DNA of 64,000 bases from Eledone cirrhosa (Eukaryota): NCBI GenBank assembly GCA_964016885.1, contig OZ024760.1:27404001-27468000 (forward strand). The letters are read 5' to 3'. The position numbers and the translations under genes are program-made. Under the pieces are notes generated by a model. The model saw only the letters and a program-made list of their open reading frames with translations, ran no database searches and was not told the DNA's origin. This document shows, piece after piece, positions 22,076 through 34,904 of the stretch; the stretch's first letter is position 1, and each line of letters opens with the position of its first letter.

Positions 22076-23016
22076 TATATATATATATATATATATTTGT
22101 GTAGCAGTAATTTGATGCTCTTTTCAATGGAAATGCTTTCACATTGTCAAATTGGCCACCAAGAAGCTGGCCTCTATGGCCACATAGATAAGTTTACATT
22201 GTGAATGGGTTTTCAAGTCAGCAATATGTCTGAGATTATGTCATATCAAAAGGTTATCTGCTTGTTCTCGGGTCTCTGAGACAAAGGAAGGGATATTTTT
22301 AAATAGTCAGCTCCCAGAGTCAAATATGTGAGTCGCAGAGTTGAGTTCCACTGCTTTACACAGATCCTGTAGGTCAGTCTTTCTTTCTTTCTATCTCTTG
22401 GTCTTTCTTGGCTAAGACTGTGAAATTCATCCCATCAACTAAAGTCTGATAAATACATTTTTATTAACACCTTTGCAAACAATCACACAAACACATCATA
22501 CCTGATACATAACATCAAACAATTCATCTGTTCTTCGTGTATTGTCTTATAACTTTGGTGAGAGTTATATTTAATAAATTAGTAACATAGTGGCTTTGTG
22601 TTATTGTGGTTTATATATTTCATTTCTTACGTGATCAAGGTAAATTATTTACTCAAGAAACCATCATATCATCCTCATCATCATATCATCATCATCATAA
22701 TGAACACTCACTTGCAGACCCACCCACCATCTCTAGCCACACTATCAGACACATCGGTCTTCTCTCACCTACATTCTACACAACAGTGACCACACCCCTG
22801 AGCAGACCACAAGTGGGTACACAACAAACCGAATCAACACCACAACACAACCATTCGTCCAAGCATCTGACCTGTTATATACATTATATCTCTCTATATA
22901 TATATATGTGTGTGTATAATGGTAGCTATGGTGTTTCCATAGGCGGTATGCCAAAATTAGCACTCAATATTCTTACAGAGCAGAGTGTGAATAGTATAAA
23001 AAAAACAAAAAATCTG

Positions 23017-23211
23017 TGATGCATCTGGACTCAGTTTATTGCGTGTTACAATTGTTTAGCCGGCAGTTGGAAAATTTGCTCCGAAAGAATTGCATGTGTC
23101 CGAAGGAAGCTGCAGCCATAGAATCAGCCAGATCCATACAGTGATCATGTCTCGAGCTACCTGCCGGTGAAACAATTGTAACACGCAATAAACTGAGTCC
23201 AGATGCATCAC
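23017..23211. repeat. Fold-back unit with a degenerate hammerhead
   Basis: GTGATGCATCTGGACTCAGTTTATTGCGTGTTACAATTGTTT inverted at ~23169-23211; GTGT-CCGAAGG...GAAA-CAATTG-TA-ACAC. Confidence 0.75.
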
Positions 23212-23250
23212 TGATTTTTCTTTTTTTTTAAACTATATATATATATATAT

Positions 23251-23360
23251 GGAGGCACATGGCTTAGTGGTTAGAGCATTGGCCTTGCAACCGAAAGGTT
23301 GTGAGTTCAATTCTCAGACCGGGTGATGTGTTGTTTCCTTGAGCAAGACACTTTATTTCT
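23251..23360 (+). mobile_element. SINE family A head, 3'-truncated
   Basis: tRNA-like head nearly identical to 14085 and 17889, joined directly to the mariner. Confidence 0.8.
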
Positions 23361-24510
23361 ATTGTACAGTACTGACACTCTTTAAAAAATCTCTTTTGGG
23401 AACAATGGAAAATAGTTATTTTGAGATAAGATCTAATATCAAGTTTCTGGTGAAACTCAAATGGAAAGGCACACAGATTATGGAGGCTTTAGTTAAAGTT
23501 TACTACTGCTCCAAAGAAAACTGCTGTCTACAAGTGGATTCAGTGATTCAAACAAGGGAGAGACGACCTTGAAGACGACCATCGCAGTGGAAGACCAGGA
23601 ACATCAAAAAATGACCAAAACGTTGAGACTTTAATTGAAGAAGATCGAAGAATAACAGTTAATCAGTTAGCTAAGTCCCTAGACATTTCATATGGTTCGG
23701 CAAATTCAATTCTGCAGGATAATTTGGGACTAAGCAAGCTTTCAGCGCGATAGGTCCCAAAAGCGTTGAGCCCTGATCAGCTGGTTCTTCGAAGTGATCT
23801 GTCTTTGGGGATATTAAACAAAATTGAAGTTGATGAAGAGCATTTCCTGACCAGAATCATCACCAGAGATGAAACCTGGATATTCCAGTATAATCCTGAA
23901 TCCAAACAGCAGTCAAAACAGTGGCTTCCACGTAGATCATCGGGGCCAATCAAGTTCAAATCTCAAAAGTGATGGCCAACATTTTCTGGGATTCAGATGG
24001 GGTGATACTAATAGATTATCTTGAAGGTCAAAGAACTGTGAGAGGAGCTTACTATGCATTTGTTTTAAGGAAGCTGAAAGAGGCATTAGTCAAGAAACGA
24101 AAAGGGAAACTTCATGGTGGGATCTTGTTTCACCATGACAATGCACCAGCGCATTCTGCGCGAGTTGTAAAAGAAGTTCTTGGAGAATTTCAATGGGAAG
24201 TGCTTCCTCACCCGCCTTACAGTCCAGATTTAGCCCCATCAGACGTTTTCCTCTTTCCAAAACTCAAAGAAATGCTAAAAGGAACCCGTTTTAGTGGTGT
24301 TGAAGAAGCTAAAAACACTGCCAACACATGGCTTCAAACAAGGCCTTCAATTTTCTTTAGAGATGGCTTACGAAGCTGGAAGCATCGCCTTGTGAAGTGT
24401 ATTGACCTGGATGGCAACTATGTAGAAAAATAAATTGAAGGTAAATCATATTTTTTGAAAAATAGATTATTTTCTGAAAAATTCCGTGAACTTTTTGATC
24501 CCCCCTCGTA
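23361..24510 (+). mobile_element. Decayed mariner (DD34D) transposon, left end missing
   Basis: LSAR*VPK, TRDETWIFQY, HHDNAPAH, HPPYSPDLAPSD; stops and frameshifts; right end CTTTTTGATCCCCCCTCG-TA. Confidence 0.9.
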
Positions 24511-25194
24511 TATTTAGGTTTGTTGGTTTACCACTGGATAGAACTGGTCATTCCATATGGTCAACCTCGATATAATATTATGGAGAGCACTCAACATAAT
24601 GCAACTCACCCGTCTTCGTTTGTGTAGTTGATGGTGTGAGTACGGTCGACCGGGGTAGAAGCTGCTAAATGTTCGGTCGCCCTCGTGTCTGATTTTCAGC
24701 CCCATGGATTTTGTCTATTATATTCCTTTGTTATATTTCGAATACCTGATGATGTCACCGGATTCATACTGAACCCGGTCATTGGAATGATCATAGTATA
24801 ATAAATCTTTTAAGGAATTACACCAGTCCAGCCTCCTGTTATTTTATTATATATATATATATATATTACGTGTGTATGTATTATGTTGTGGTGGTCTATT
24901 ATGTGTAATATATTTGTAATATATGTGTTTTCGATGCTCAGAGAGTGGGATTAGTCGAGTGCAAGGCCTTTCCCCACTTAAAAAAACCTTCAAATCACAG
25001 GCATTGCTTGTTCAGGATATGTTACAGGTTTGTGTGGCTGGCCATAGCCTAAAAGTGCACCAAACTCTATAATCTGACAAGTGATTGCAATACTCTTAGC
25101 AGAGTTTGCAGCCATCATATATATTGCCATGTTTTCTATATATGCGATACATGTTAGTTTTGAATATAATATAATAAAAGTCTAAAGTTTGCCT

Positions 25195-25455
25195 TAAGCC
25201 AGAAGGCTCATTTGGCCGGTGCTTATCTTGGTTTTATGGCGTGAAGCGACAGAGTACAAGACTTCCTCCTGGACAGGACGCCAGTCCATCACAGGGTTAA
25301 ACCCCCAACTATTGCTGGTACTAATGTTCAGCTGTGTATACTGGAGCAACATGAAATGAAATGTTTTGCTCAAGAACATGCAGCCCAGGAATCGAACCCA
25401 CGACATTATCATTGTTAGTCCAACACCCTTACCACTAGGCCACAGCTCTCCACAT
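25195..25455 (-). mobile_element. tRNA-derived SINE (third family)
   Basis: Minus strand TGGCCTAGTGGTAAGG ... GGTTCGATTCC, then TTGAGCAAAACA..GCTCCAGT body. Confidence 0.7.
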
Positions 25456-25499
25456 GAATATAATAAGAAATGTATATATAACGAGGACAGTAGAAGATA

Positions 25500-26105
25500 A
25501 AGAAGGAAGGAAGGAAGGAAGGAAGGAAGGAAGGAAGGAAGGAAGGAAGGAAGGAAGGAAGAAGATAGGTCAATGAAGAAGATAGAGGAATGAAGATGGT
25601 AGAAGAATGAGAAAAAAGTAGAAAGATAGAGGAGGAACATGGTAGAATATTGAAGAAGATTTAAGAATGAAAACAGTAGATTATAAATGAAAAGAAGAAA
25701 GATAGAAGAATGAAGAATATAGAGGAATGAAGATGGTAGAAGAATGAATATAGAGGAATGAAGATGGTAGAAGAATGAAGAATATAGAGGAATGAAGATG
25801 GTAGAAGAATGAGGAATATAGAGGAATGAAGATGGTAGAAGAATAAAGAATATAGAGGAATGAAGATGGTAGAAGAATGAAGAATATAGAGGAATGAAGA
25901 TGGTAGAAGAATGAATATAGAGGAATGAAGATGGTAGAAGAATAAAGAATATAGAGGAATGAAGATGGTAGAAGAATGAAGAATATAGAGGAATGAAGAT
26001 GGTAGAAGAATGAAGAATATAGAAGAAATAAGATGGTAGAAGAATGGAGAATATAGAAGAAATAAGATGGTAGAAGAATGGAGAATATAGAGGAATGAAG
26101 AATAA
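25500..26105. repeat. (GGAA)n and ~34-bp purine-rich minisatellite
   Basis: AGAAGAATGAAGAATATAGAGGAATGAAGATGGT tandem units. Confidence 0.9.
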
Positions 26106-26112
26106 TATAGAG

Positions 26113-27367
26113 CAGAGTTTCCCAAACGTTTTCAAACACGGAACCCATTCTTGGTTCAGAAACCTTTGTGGAGCAACCCCAAAGTCTAATACTGTTATGG
26201 TCGTAATATAAATATACTCCTCTACCCTTTTTTCACGGAACTCCACACCCTCATTTGTGGAACACTTGGGTCCCGGGAACTCCAGGCCTTCGTTTGTGGA
26301 ACACTTGGGTCCATGGAACTCCAGGCCTTCGTTTGTGGAACACTTGGGTCCATGGAACTCCAGGCCTTCGTTTGTGGAACACTTGGGTCCATGGAACTCC
26401 AGGCCTTCGTTTGTGGAACACTTGGGTCCATGGAACTCCAGGCCTTCGTTTGTGGAACACTTGGGTCCATGGAACTCCAGGCTCCATTGAACTCCAGGTC
26501 CTCGTTTGTGGAACACTTGGGTCCATGGAACTCCAGGCCTTCGTTTGTGGAACACTTGGGTCCATGGAACTCCAGGCCTTCGTTTGTGGAACACTTGGGT
26601 CCATGGAACTCCAGGCCTTCGTTTGTGGAACACTTGGGTCCATGGAACTCCAGGCCTTCGTTTGTGGAACACTTGGGTCCATGGAACTCCAGGCCTTCGT
26701 TTGTGGAACACTTGGGTCCATGGAACTCCAGGCCTTCGTTTGTGGAACACTTGGGTCCATGGAACTCCAGGCCTTCGTTTGTGGAACACTTGGGTCCATG
26801 GAACTCCAGGCCTTCGTTTGTGGAACACTTGGGTCCATGGAACTCCAGGCCTTCGTTTGTGGAACACTTGGGTCCATGGAACTCCAGGCCTTCGTTTGTG
26901 GAACACTTGGGTCCATGGAACTCCAGGCCTTCGTTTGTGGAACACTTGGGTCCATGGAACTCCAGGCCTTCGTTTGTGGAACACTTGGGTCCATGGAACT
27001 CCAGGCCTTCGTTTGTGGAACACTTGGGTCCATGGAACTCCAGGCCTTCGTTTGTGGAACACTTGGGTCCATGGAACTCCAGGCCTTCGTTTGTGGAACA
27101 CTTGGGTCCATGGAACTCCAGGCCTTCGTTTGTGGAACACTTGGGTCCATGGAACTCCAGGCCTTCGTTTGTGGAACACTTGGGTCCATGGAACTCCAGG
27201 CCTTCGTTTGTGGAACATTTGGGTCCATTGAACTCCAGGCCTTCGTTTGTGGAACATTTGGGTCCATTGAACTCCAGGTCCTCGTTTGTGGAACCCTTGC
27301 TCCACAGAACCCAAGACATTCCTTTGTGGAACCCTTGGGTCCACAGAAGCCACTTTTGGAACCACTG
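26113..27367. mobile_element. hAT (Charlie/Buster-like) MITE containing a 39-bp satellite
   Basis: TIRs CAGAGTTTCCCAAA / TTTTGGAACCACTG; 8-bp TSD ATATAGAG/CTATAGAG with central TA. Confidence 0.75.
26237..27345. repeat. 39-bp minisatellite, ~28 near-identical copies
   Basis: Unit GGAACTCCAGGCCTTCGTTTGTGGAACACTTGGGTCCAT. Confidence 0.97.
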
Positions 27368-28611
27368 CTATAGAGGCACGAAGGAGATCTTAGAAGAATA
27401 AGAAAGGAAAGAAAAGAGAAGAAAGAGTAAAGAGATAGAAGAATGAAAACAAATAGAAGAAAAAAAAAGAAGGCTCCTAGCAATAATTAATTGACCGGAA
27501 CGTCAGTAGCCTGTCTGAGGCAGGAGCCACGCGAGGTGGGGTGGCTGATGTAGTGGGTGTCGCTGGCTATTGTCGTAGGCCCATCATCTCCCTTTCCATT
27601 CTTCTGTGACCCGTTCCCTTCCTTTTCCGTTTTCATAACCACTAGAGACACTTGCATTTTTTTTACAATAAAACATTTTACAATAGTCATTCATTATAAG
27701 TATTTCTATGTGATTTAAATATAATAAATTCCACTATTTTCTCTCACTTCTATCACAGACCGGCCAACCTCTAAAAACACAAAAGGGGAGTACTATCCAT
27801 GAAAAAAAAGTACCCCAAAAAGTGGAGAATTGAGGCAAAAATGGGGCAGATTTTACATAATGAAAGCTATACAAATTTTCACAAGAGAAAACAACTATCA
27901 CCCACCCACTTTGGGGTGGGTGATCTCTCACCCACTCTAAAGTGGATGAGAGATCTCCCTGTCGGACGGGAAGAACTCTCACCCACACCAAAGTGGGTAC
28001 AAGATCTCCCCGTTGACAGGTGTGGTATTAAGTAATAGAGAGATATGTGTAAGTAGGTGTTGAATTTTGACAAATAAAACTTTTCTGTCTTATATCAACT
28101 TACGGACAAAAATATATTCAATTTACTGGACAGGTAAACATTTAAAGAAAAAAAAAATAAACAGAATGAAAACGGCAGAAGTTAATATGAAAAAGAAAAC
28201 AAAAAAATACGAGTATAGACTGGAAAGTTCATAGGCTGAATGTCAAGGAGAGATGTTAGTGCTGTGAAATCTTCCATGCATTAATTTCAAATCTTATACA
28301 TACATACATACATATATATCTATCTCTCTCTATATATATGTTTAGCTCTATACCTCGCCACTGACGTGAACCTAAACATCGAGTGCTCACCTGGGTGAAT
28401 CCACAATAACTTCACGTTACACTCCATATATATATATATATATATATCAGATGAAGTGTGGTAAAAAAAAACCAGGTGGACCATAAACCCACCAGAGTAC
28501 TCGATACTTTGGGTAGTAGAGTGGGTACTAGGAAAAGAGTCAGGAGCACGACGACGGCTGAGCTCCGGCCGTTTCGACAGCTAGATCCGAACGTGTCGGG
28601 GCCCTGAATCT

Positions 28612-28658
<47 letters not shown>

Positions 28659-28661
<3 letters not shown>

Positions 28662-28826
28662 GAGGTTGGGCAGACTATGAAAGAAGTGATGCTGGAGCTG
28701 TGAAATCTTGCATGCACTAATTTCAACTCTTCTTCTTCCAGGGACAATCTTGAAAAATAAACCTCATTTGGTCCATTCCACAAGAGTATCTTGGTCAGCC
28801 TATGAACTTTTCAGCCGATCCTCGTA
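28659..28826. mobile_element. Mariner-derived non-autonomous remnant (related fragment 28208-28295)
   Basis: TA-CGAGGTTGG ... CCGATCCTCG-TA ends; shares GCTGTGAAATCTT.CATGCA.TAATTTCAA with 28208-28295. Confidence 0.55.
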
Positions 28827-28900
28827 TAATAATAAAACAATAATACAATCACAATAAATTAATAATAAATTAATAATAATTATAATTAATATTGACGTAC

Positions 28901-29035
28901 TTTTTCCGGGACCCCACGGTGGTCTTCGCTGCCTTGCCAAAACCGGCGGACGTATCCTTTGATGTAGCCGACTAATTTACTTTTGTAAGGGAAATCCACT
29001 TTCCAGATGAGCGACCCGTATCCAAACACCCACAT
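28901..29035 (-). CDS. CHAC2: First coding exon of a ChaC-family glutathione-specific gamma-glutamylcyclotransferase (CHAC2-like)
   Basis: 135 nt encoding [45 protein letters not shown], then a phase-0 GT donor (GTACGT). Matches the recalled CHAC2 N-terminus [17 protein letters not shown]...RRFWQGS.DHRGVP. Too short for the ORF track. Confidence 0.93.
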
Positions 29036-30501
29036 GTTATTATTACAACAACCACCACAATAATACGAAGAAGAAGAAGGAGGAACAGTTCAATCAATAC
29101 AGTTCGATGTTTGAAGGGAGCCAAAAAAAAAAAATAATAATAAATATATATATGTGTGTGTGTATATATTAAACCCTTTTAAATGAATGAATGAATGAAT
29201 GAATGAATGAATGAAGGGTTGGTGCTCCTTTCGAATCAAATAGACCCCAACACTTTGGTCTTTAAAAAATCCGATATATATTTATATACAATATATATGT
29301 ATATATCTATGTATATATATATATTTATATATATAATTAAATATATATATTTATATATTTACTTATATATTCTAAAGAGTCGTGTATAAAAACATAAGCT
29401 CTTTAATTCCTTAACGTATCTTTCGTTGATATGTTAGTATTTTCGTTTTTATCCTTAAAAAAACCGGATATATATTTATATACAATATATTAAAAATATA
29501 TAATTATCATATATATATAATATAATATATATTTACATATATAATATATAATATATTTATATAAAATATATATAATATATTTATATAAATTTCAACCTGA
29601 AAACTCTTCAAGTCGTTAATGGTCCGAAGAAGAGTTAGTTGTGTTTGTATATTATTTTTTATCCTTTAAAACGAATTATATATATTTATAAATATATATT
29701 ATATATATCCATATATAACACACTATACACAATATATAATATATATATTATATATATACATATTAAATTTACTTATAAAAATATTCTTCTTCAACAGGTA
29801 ATGGGCCGAAGGTGAACTGTTTGTTATCGAGTTTTTTTTCCTTATTTTTTTCCTTTTGTCTTCTACAAAATGGAAAAAAACCACAGAAAAACCTTCTCAG
29901 CCGGTTTCTCTTAAGATTTTTTTTAGAAAAGAGAGAAAATAAACTTAGTTTGGCCTTTTTTTTTTTTTTGGCTAAGAATTTTGTGTTTTGTGTGTTTAGT
30001 TTTTGGTTTGGTGCTGGATGCGGGTTGGTTATTTCTAAGTGTTTGGTAGCTTCTCTTTGGGATTGTTGCCAATACAAAAACTGAGAAAAGTTTTACATTT
30101 TGTGACTGCCTATATATCTATCTATCTATCTATGTATAGATCTAGCTATCTCTCTCTCTATATATATATGTCTGTGTGTATGTATCTATCCCTCTATATG
30201 TGGGTGGGTGTACGTATGTATGTATCTATCGCTATATATATATATATGTCTGTGTATGTACATATGTATGTATCTATTTCTCTATATATGTATATATATA
30301 TATATGGGTGTATGTTTCTATATATATATAATATACATATGTATGTAACTATCGTTATATATCTGTTCGTAAGTATGGATCTATTTCTCTAAATATGTAC
30401 ATATATATATATATACACACATATATGCTTGCGTATGTATGTGTCTATCACTATATATATAGGTATATATATGTACGTATGTATCTCTCTCTCTCTCTCT
30501 A

Positions 30502-30537
<36 letters not shown>

Positions 30538-30546
30538 AACTACCGC

Positions 30547-30585
<39 letters not shown>

Positions 30586-31017
30586 ATATATGTACGTACG
30601 TATCTATCTCTTTATATATATATCAACCAAACAAACAAACGAAAGGAAAGAGAAAATAAATGAGAGAGAAAGAGAGAGAGAGAGGCGACCAGAATAAAAT
30701 GAACGAACGATTCGTTTGAATGAAACAAAAGAAATGTCCAATAGTGGTTTGTTTGTTGTTGTTGTTGCTTCGTCTCTCTTTTACAAGGACATTGCCGAAA
30801 AGTGAGACGTTAGTTGAAACGAGTTATATGCACATATATACATTACATATATACGTTACATATGCACATATATACATTACATATATACGTTACATATACA
30901 CATATATACATTACATATATACGTTACATATACACATATATACATTACATATATACGTTACATATACACATATATATATATACATACATATATATATACG
31001 TACACTTACACGTATAT

Positions 31018-31062
<45 letters not shown>

Positions 31063-32089
31063 GTATATATACATACATATATACGTACACTTACACGTAT
31101 ATCATACATATATACATATATATACTTACACTTACACGTATATCATACATACACATATATATGCGTAAATACACACATTATATGTATATTTACGCATAAT
31201 TATATAAACACACACATATATATATATTACACATACATATATATAAATACACACGTGTGTGTAAAAAAGAGAGAGAGAGATAAAAAGAGTAAGCAGAGTA
31301 TGAGAGAGAGAGGGGGAAAGTGTTTAAGATAAAGAGAGAGGAGGATAGTGTTTATGATAAAGAGAGAGAGAGGGGGGAGAAAGTGTTTATGATAATGAGA
31401 GAGAAAAGGGGGGAGGAGAAGAAGAGAATAGAAGAATACCTGTATAGATGTATTCGATTGTTCCAACGTAACGGTACGCACGTGCGTGTGTGTGTGACGC
31501 CGTAGAGAGATGTGTGTGTGTGTATCTCTTAGTGTGTATGTGTTAGTGTGTGTGTGTGTTTACGTTTAATATGTGGATGTGCATTTGTTTGTGTTCACGC
31601 GTGATATGTGTATGTGTTAGTGTATGTATGTGTTAGTGTGTGTATGTGTTAGTGTATGTATGTGTTAGTGTGTGTATGCGTTAGTGCGTTTATGTGTTAG
31701 TGTGTGTATGTGTGAGAAGCGAAAACACAAGACAGCGACGTAGAGAAGGAGGTGATAAAAAGACAATAGAAGGGAGAGCAAGGGTGATAGAAGGAGGTGA
31801 TGTAATTGAGGGAGGAAGAGAGAGAGGGTTGATAAAGAGACAATAGAATATAGAGGGAGGAGGAAGAGAAAAAGAGAAGTGATAAAAAATCGAGAGAGGG
31901 GGAGAGAAAGAAAGACTAACAGAGATAGAGAGAAAGGGAGAGAGTGATAGAAAGGTAGAACAGAGATGGTGGTGGTGGTGGTGGTGGAGAGAAAATCTCA
32001 CGAAACGAAGAGAAGGTAGAGGTGGTTAAAGGTGTAAAGAGGGAGTATGAGGAGGGTGAAAAAGTAAACAAATTTTATTCTCAACGTGA

Positions 32090-32237
32090 GACGGGGGTTT
32101 TTTAAGCTTGTTTATCAATCCTGTTTTGTCTGACCGCTAATGTTGCTATATGGAAGTGAAACATGGACGCCTTCATCCAAACATCAAAAGTGCCTTGATG
32201 TCACCTACACTCGCCTGCTTCGACACATTCAGAACAC
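32090..32237 (+). mobile_element. RTE-type LINE fragment (continues at 35940)
   Basis: LLYGSETWT...LDVTYTRLLRHIQN. Confidence 0.7.
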
Positions 32238-34010
32238 CCCTCACCATCCCCCGGGGAAACGCTGGGGCTGTGGGGAGGTCAGCACGTGGGACCCCATTTG
32301 CTCACCATACAGAGAGATGGAGGTGATGACAGTGGGAGTTTGGCCCTTCTGTGTTGGGACCTGGTGTACGTGAGAGAGATGGGGGTGATGACAGTGGGAC
32401 TTTGGCTCTTCTGTGTTGGGACCTGGTGTACATGAGAGAGGTGGAGAGGGCGAGAGAGATAGAGGTGATGACAGTGGGAGTTTGGCTCTTCTGTGTTCGA
32501 ACCTGGTGTACATGAGAGAGGTGGAGAGGGCGAGAGAGATAGAGGTGATGACAGTGGGAGTTTGGCTCTTCTGTGTTCGGATCTGGTGTACATGAGAGAG
32601 ATGGGGAGGGCGAGAGAGATGGGGGTGATGACAGTGGGAGTTTGGCTCTTCTGTGTTCGGACCTGGTGTACATGAGAGAGATGGGAGTGATGACAGTGGG
32701 AGTTTGGCTCTTCTGTGTTGGGACCTGGTGTACATGAGAGAGGTGGGGAGGGTGAGAGAGATGGGGACGATGACAGTGGGAGTTTGGCTCCTCTGTGTTG
32801 GGACCTGGTGTACATGAGAGAGATGGGGAGGGCGAGAGAGATGGAGGTGATGACAGTGGGAGTTTGGCTCCTCTGTGTTGGGACCTGGTGTACATGAGAG
32901 AGATGGAGAGGGTGAGAGAGATGGGGACGATGACAGTGGGAGTTTGGCTCCTCTGTGTTGGGACCTGGTGTACATGAGAGAGATGGGGAGGGCGAGAGAG
33001 ATGGAGGTGATGACAGTGGGAGTTTGGCTCTTCTGTGTTGGGACCTGGTGTACATGAAAGAGATGGGGAGGGCGAGAGAGATGGAGGTGATGACAGTGGG
33101 AGTTTGGCTCCTCTGTGTTGGGACCTGGTGTACATGAGAGAGATGGGGAGAGCGAGAGAGATGGAGGCGATGACAGTGGGAGTTTGGCTCTTCTGTGTTG
33201 GGAGCTGGTGTACATGAGAGAGATGGGGAGGGCGAGAGAGATGGAGGTGATGACAGTGAGAGTTTGGCTCTTCTGTGTTGGGACCTGGTGTACATGAGAG
33301 AGATGGGGAGGGCGAGAGAGATGGAGGTGATGACAGTGGGAGTTTGGCTCTTCTGTGTTGGGACCTGGTGTACATGAGAGAGGTGGGGAGGGCGAGAGAG
33401 ATGGAGGTGATGACAGTGGGAGTTTGGCTCTTCTGTGTTGGGACCTGGTGTACATGAGAGAGATGGGGAGGGCGAGAGAGATGGAGGTGATGACAGTGGG
33501 AGTTTGGCTCCTCTGTGTTGGGACCTGGTATACATGAGAGAGGTGGGGAGGGCGAGAGAGATGGAGGTGATGACAGTGGGAGTTTGGCTCTTCTGTGTTC
33601 GGACCTGGTGTACATGAGAGAGATGGGGAGAGCGAGAGAGATGGAGGCGATGACAGTGGGAGTTTGGCTCTTCTGTGTTGGGAGCTGGTGTACATGAGAG
33701 AGATGGGGAGGGCGAGAGAGATGGAGGTGATGACAGTGGGAGTTTGGCTCTTCTGTGTTCGGACCTGGTGTACATGAGAGAGATGGGGAGGGCGAGAGAG
33801 ATGGAGGTGATGACAGTGGGAGTTTGGCTCTTCTGTGTTGGGACCTGGTGTACATGAGAGAGATGGGGAGGGCGAGAGAGATGGAGGTGATGACAGTGGG
33901 AGTCTGGCTCTTCTGTGTTGGGACCTGGTGTACATGAGAGAGGTGGGGAGGGCGAGAGAGATGGAGACGAGGACAGTGGGAGTTGGGCTCTTCCGCGTTC
34001 GGACCATATC
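32238..34010 (+). repeat. 80-bp minisatellite (~21 copies) expanded from the 3' end of a CRE-like element
   Basis: 80-bp periodicity; head and tail are homologous to 35676-35812. Confidence 0.9.
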
Positions 34011-34084
34011 CTTGTGGTTGTGTTCATTAAGCAGTTAGTGAGTCTGTTTATGTATAGATTCAATACTATTCTACTATATATATA

Positions 34085-34725
34085 TATTATTCAAAATATT
34101 AACAAATGAAGATATTCACATAATAAAAATATATGCTTTATTATATATATTTCGAAGGTACTGTTTGGTTTTTTCAGTACGTCCTCGTCAGATAAAATAT
34201 ATGATATGATATTTCAATTCCTGTATTGGCAGTGATTTATTTCATCAAATCTCAACATTTATATACCACAAATAATAATATGATTAACTTAAAGAAGAAA
34301 AGGACGTGGAGCGCATTAGAGATATAAGAGAGGGTGTGAAGAGGGGGAAGGCAAGAAAAAAAGAAAGAAAGAAAAAAAAATAAATACATACATAAATAAA
34401 TATTTAAATGAATGGATGAATAGAGGTATGCCTTATATCAAATCATATATTTTATCTAACGAAGACGTACTGAAAAAACAACACAGTACCTTTGAAATAT
34501 AATAAAGCATATATTTTGATTATGTCAATATCTTCATTTGTTATCGGAAGAGGGTCGGACGCCATGCTTTCCAGCATAGTTACGTCCCTTTACGATCTGA
34601 GTTCAAATCCCGCCGAGGTTGACTTTGCCTTTCATCCTTACGGGGTCGATAAAATAAAGTACCAGTAATGAACTGGGTTATTGCTGGCCTTGTGCCTAAA
34701 GTAGAAACAAATATTTTGAATAATA
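34085..34725. repeat. Fold-back unit with hammerhead; right arm interrupted by a family-B SINE (34543-34710)
   Basis: 34085-34212 is inverted to 34435-34542 plus 34711-34725. Confidence 0.8.
34137..34196 (-). ncRNA. Hammerhead ribozyme
   Basis: TTTAT-CTGACGA-stem II(GTACTG/CAGTAC)-GAAA-TATATA-TA-ATAAA; the mirror copy at 34451-34506 has a mutated core (CTAACGA). Confidence 0.7.
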
Positions 34726-34819
34726 TTAAAAACACCAGGAAAATTTTCACTGTTGAGTGCTTTTAATCTATTGTAAAACTGTATTCATTGAGTAATCAAT
34801 GAACCATATTAATCTTTGG

Positions 34820-34888
<69 letters not shown>

Positions 34889-34904
34889 TAATTAAAAGAA
34901 ATAT

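Noticed and set aside
22098-22587. TG...CA segment with AATAAA, possible solo LTR
   Set aside because: No target-site duplication or second copy visible.
22765-22805. Minus-strand RGVVTVV resembling CHAC exon 2 (PGRVVTLV)
   Set aside because: In-frame stop, no suitable acceptor, and it sits in LINE-like 3' sequence.
25194-27483. Long repetitive ORFs; CRISPR-like appearance
   Set aside because: A 39-bp tandem repeat with no unique spacers and no cas genes, in eukaryotic context.
28550-28620. Partial hammerhead-like strings here and at 14895-14960, 36995-37020 and 42930-42970
   Set aside because: Each lacks part of the core or stem I; at best they are relics.
32241-34063. 517-594 aa ORFs in three minus-strand frames
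   Set aside because: An artefact of an 80-bp stop-free satellite.
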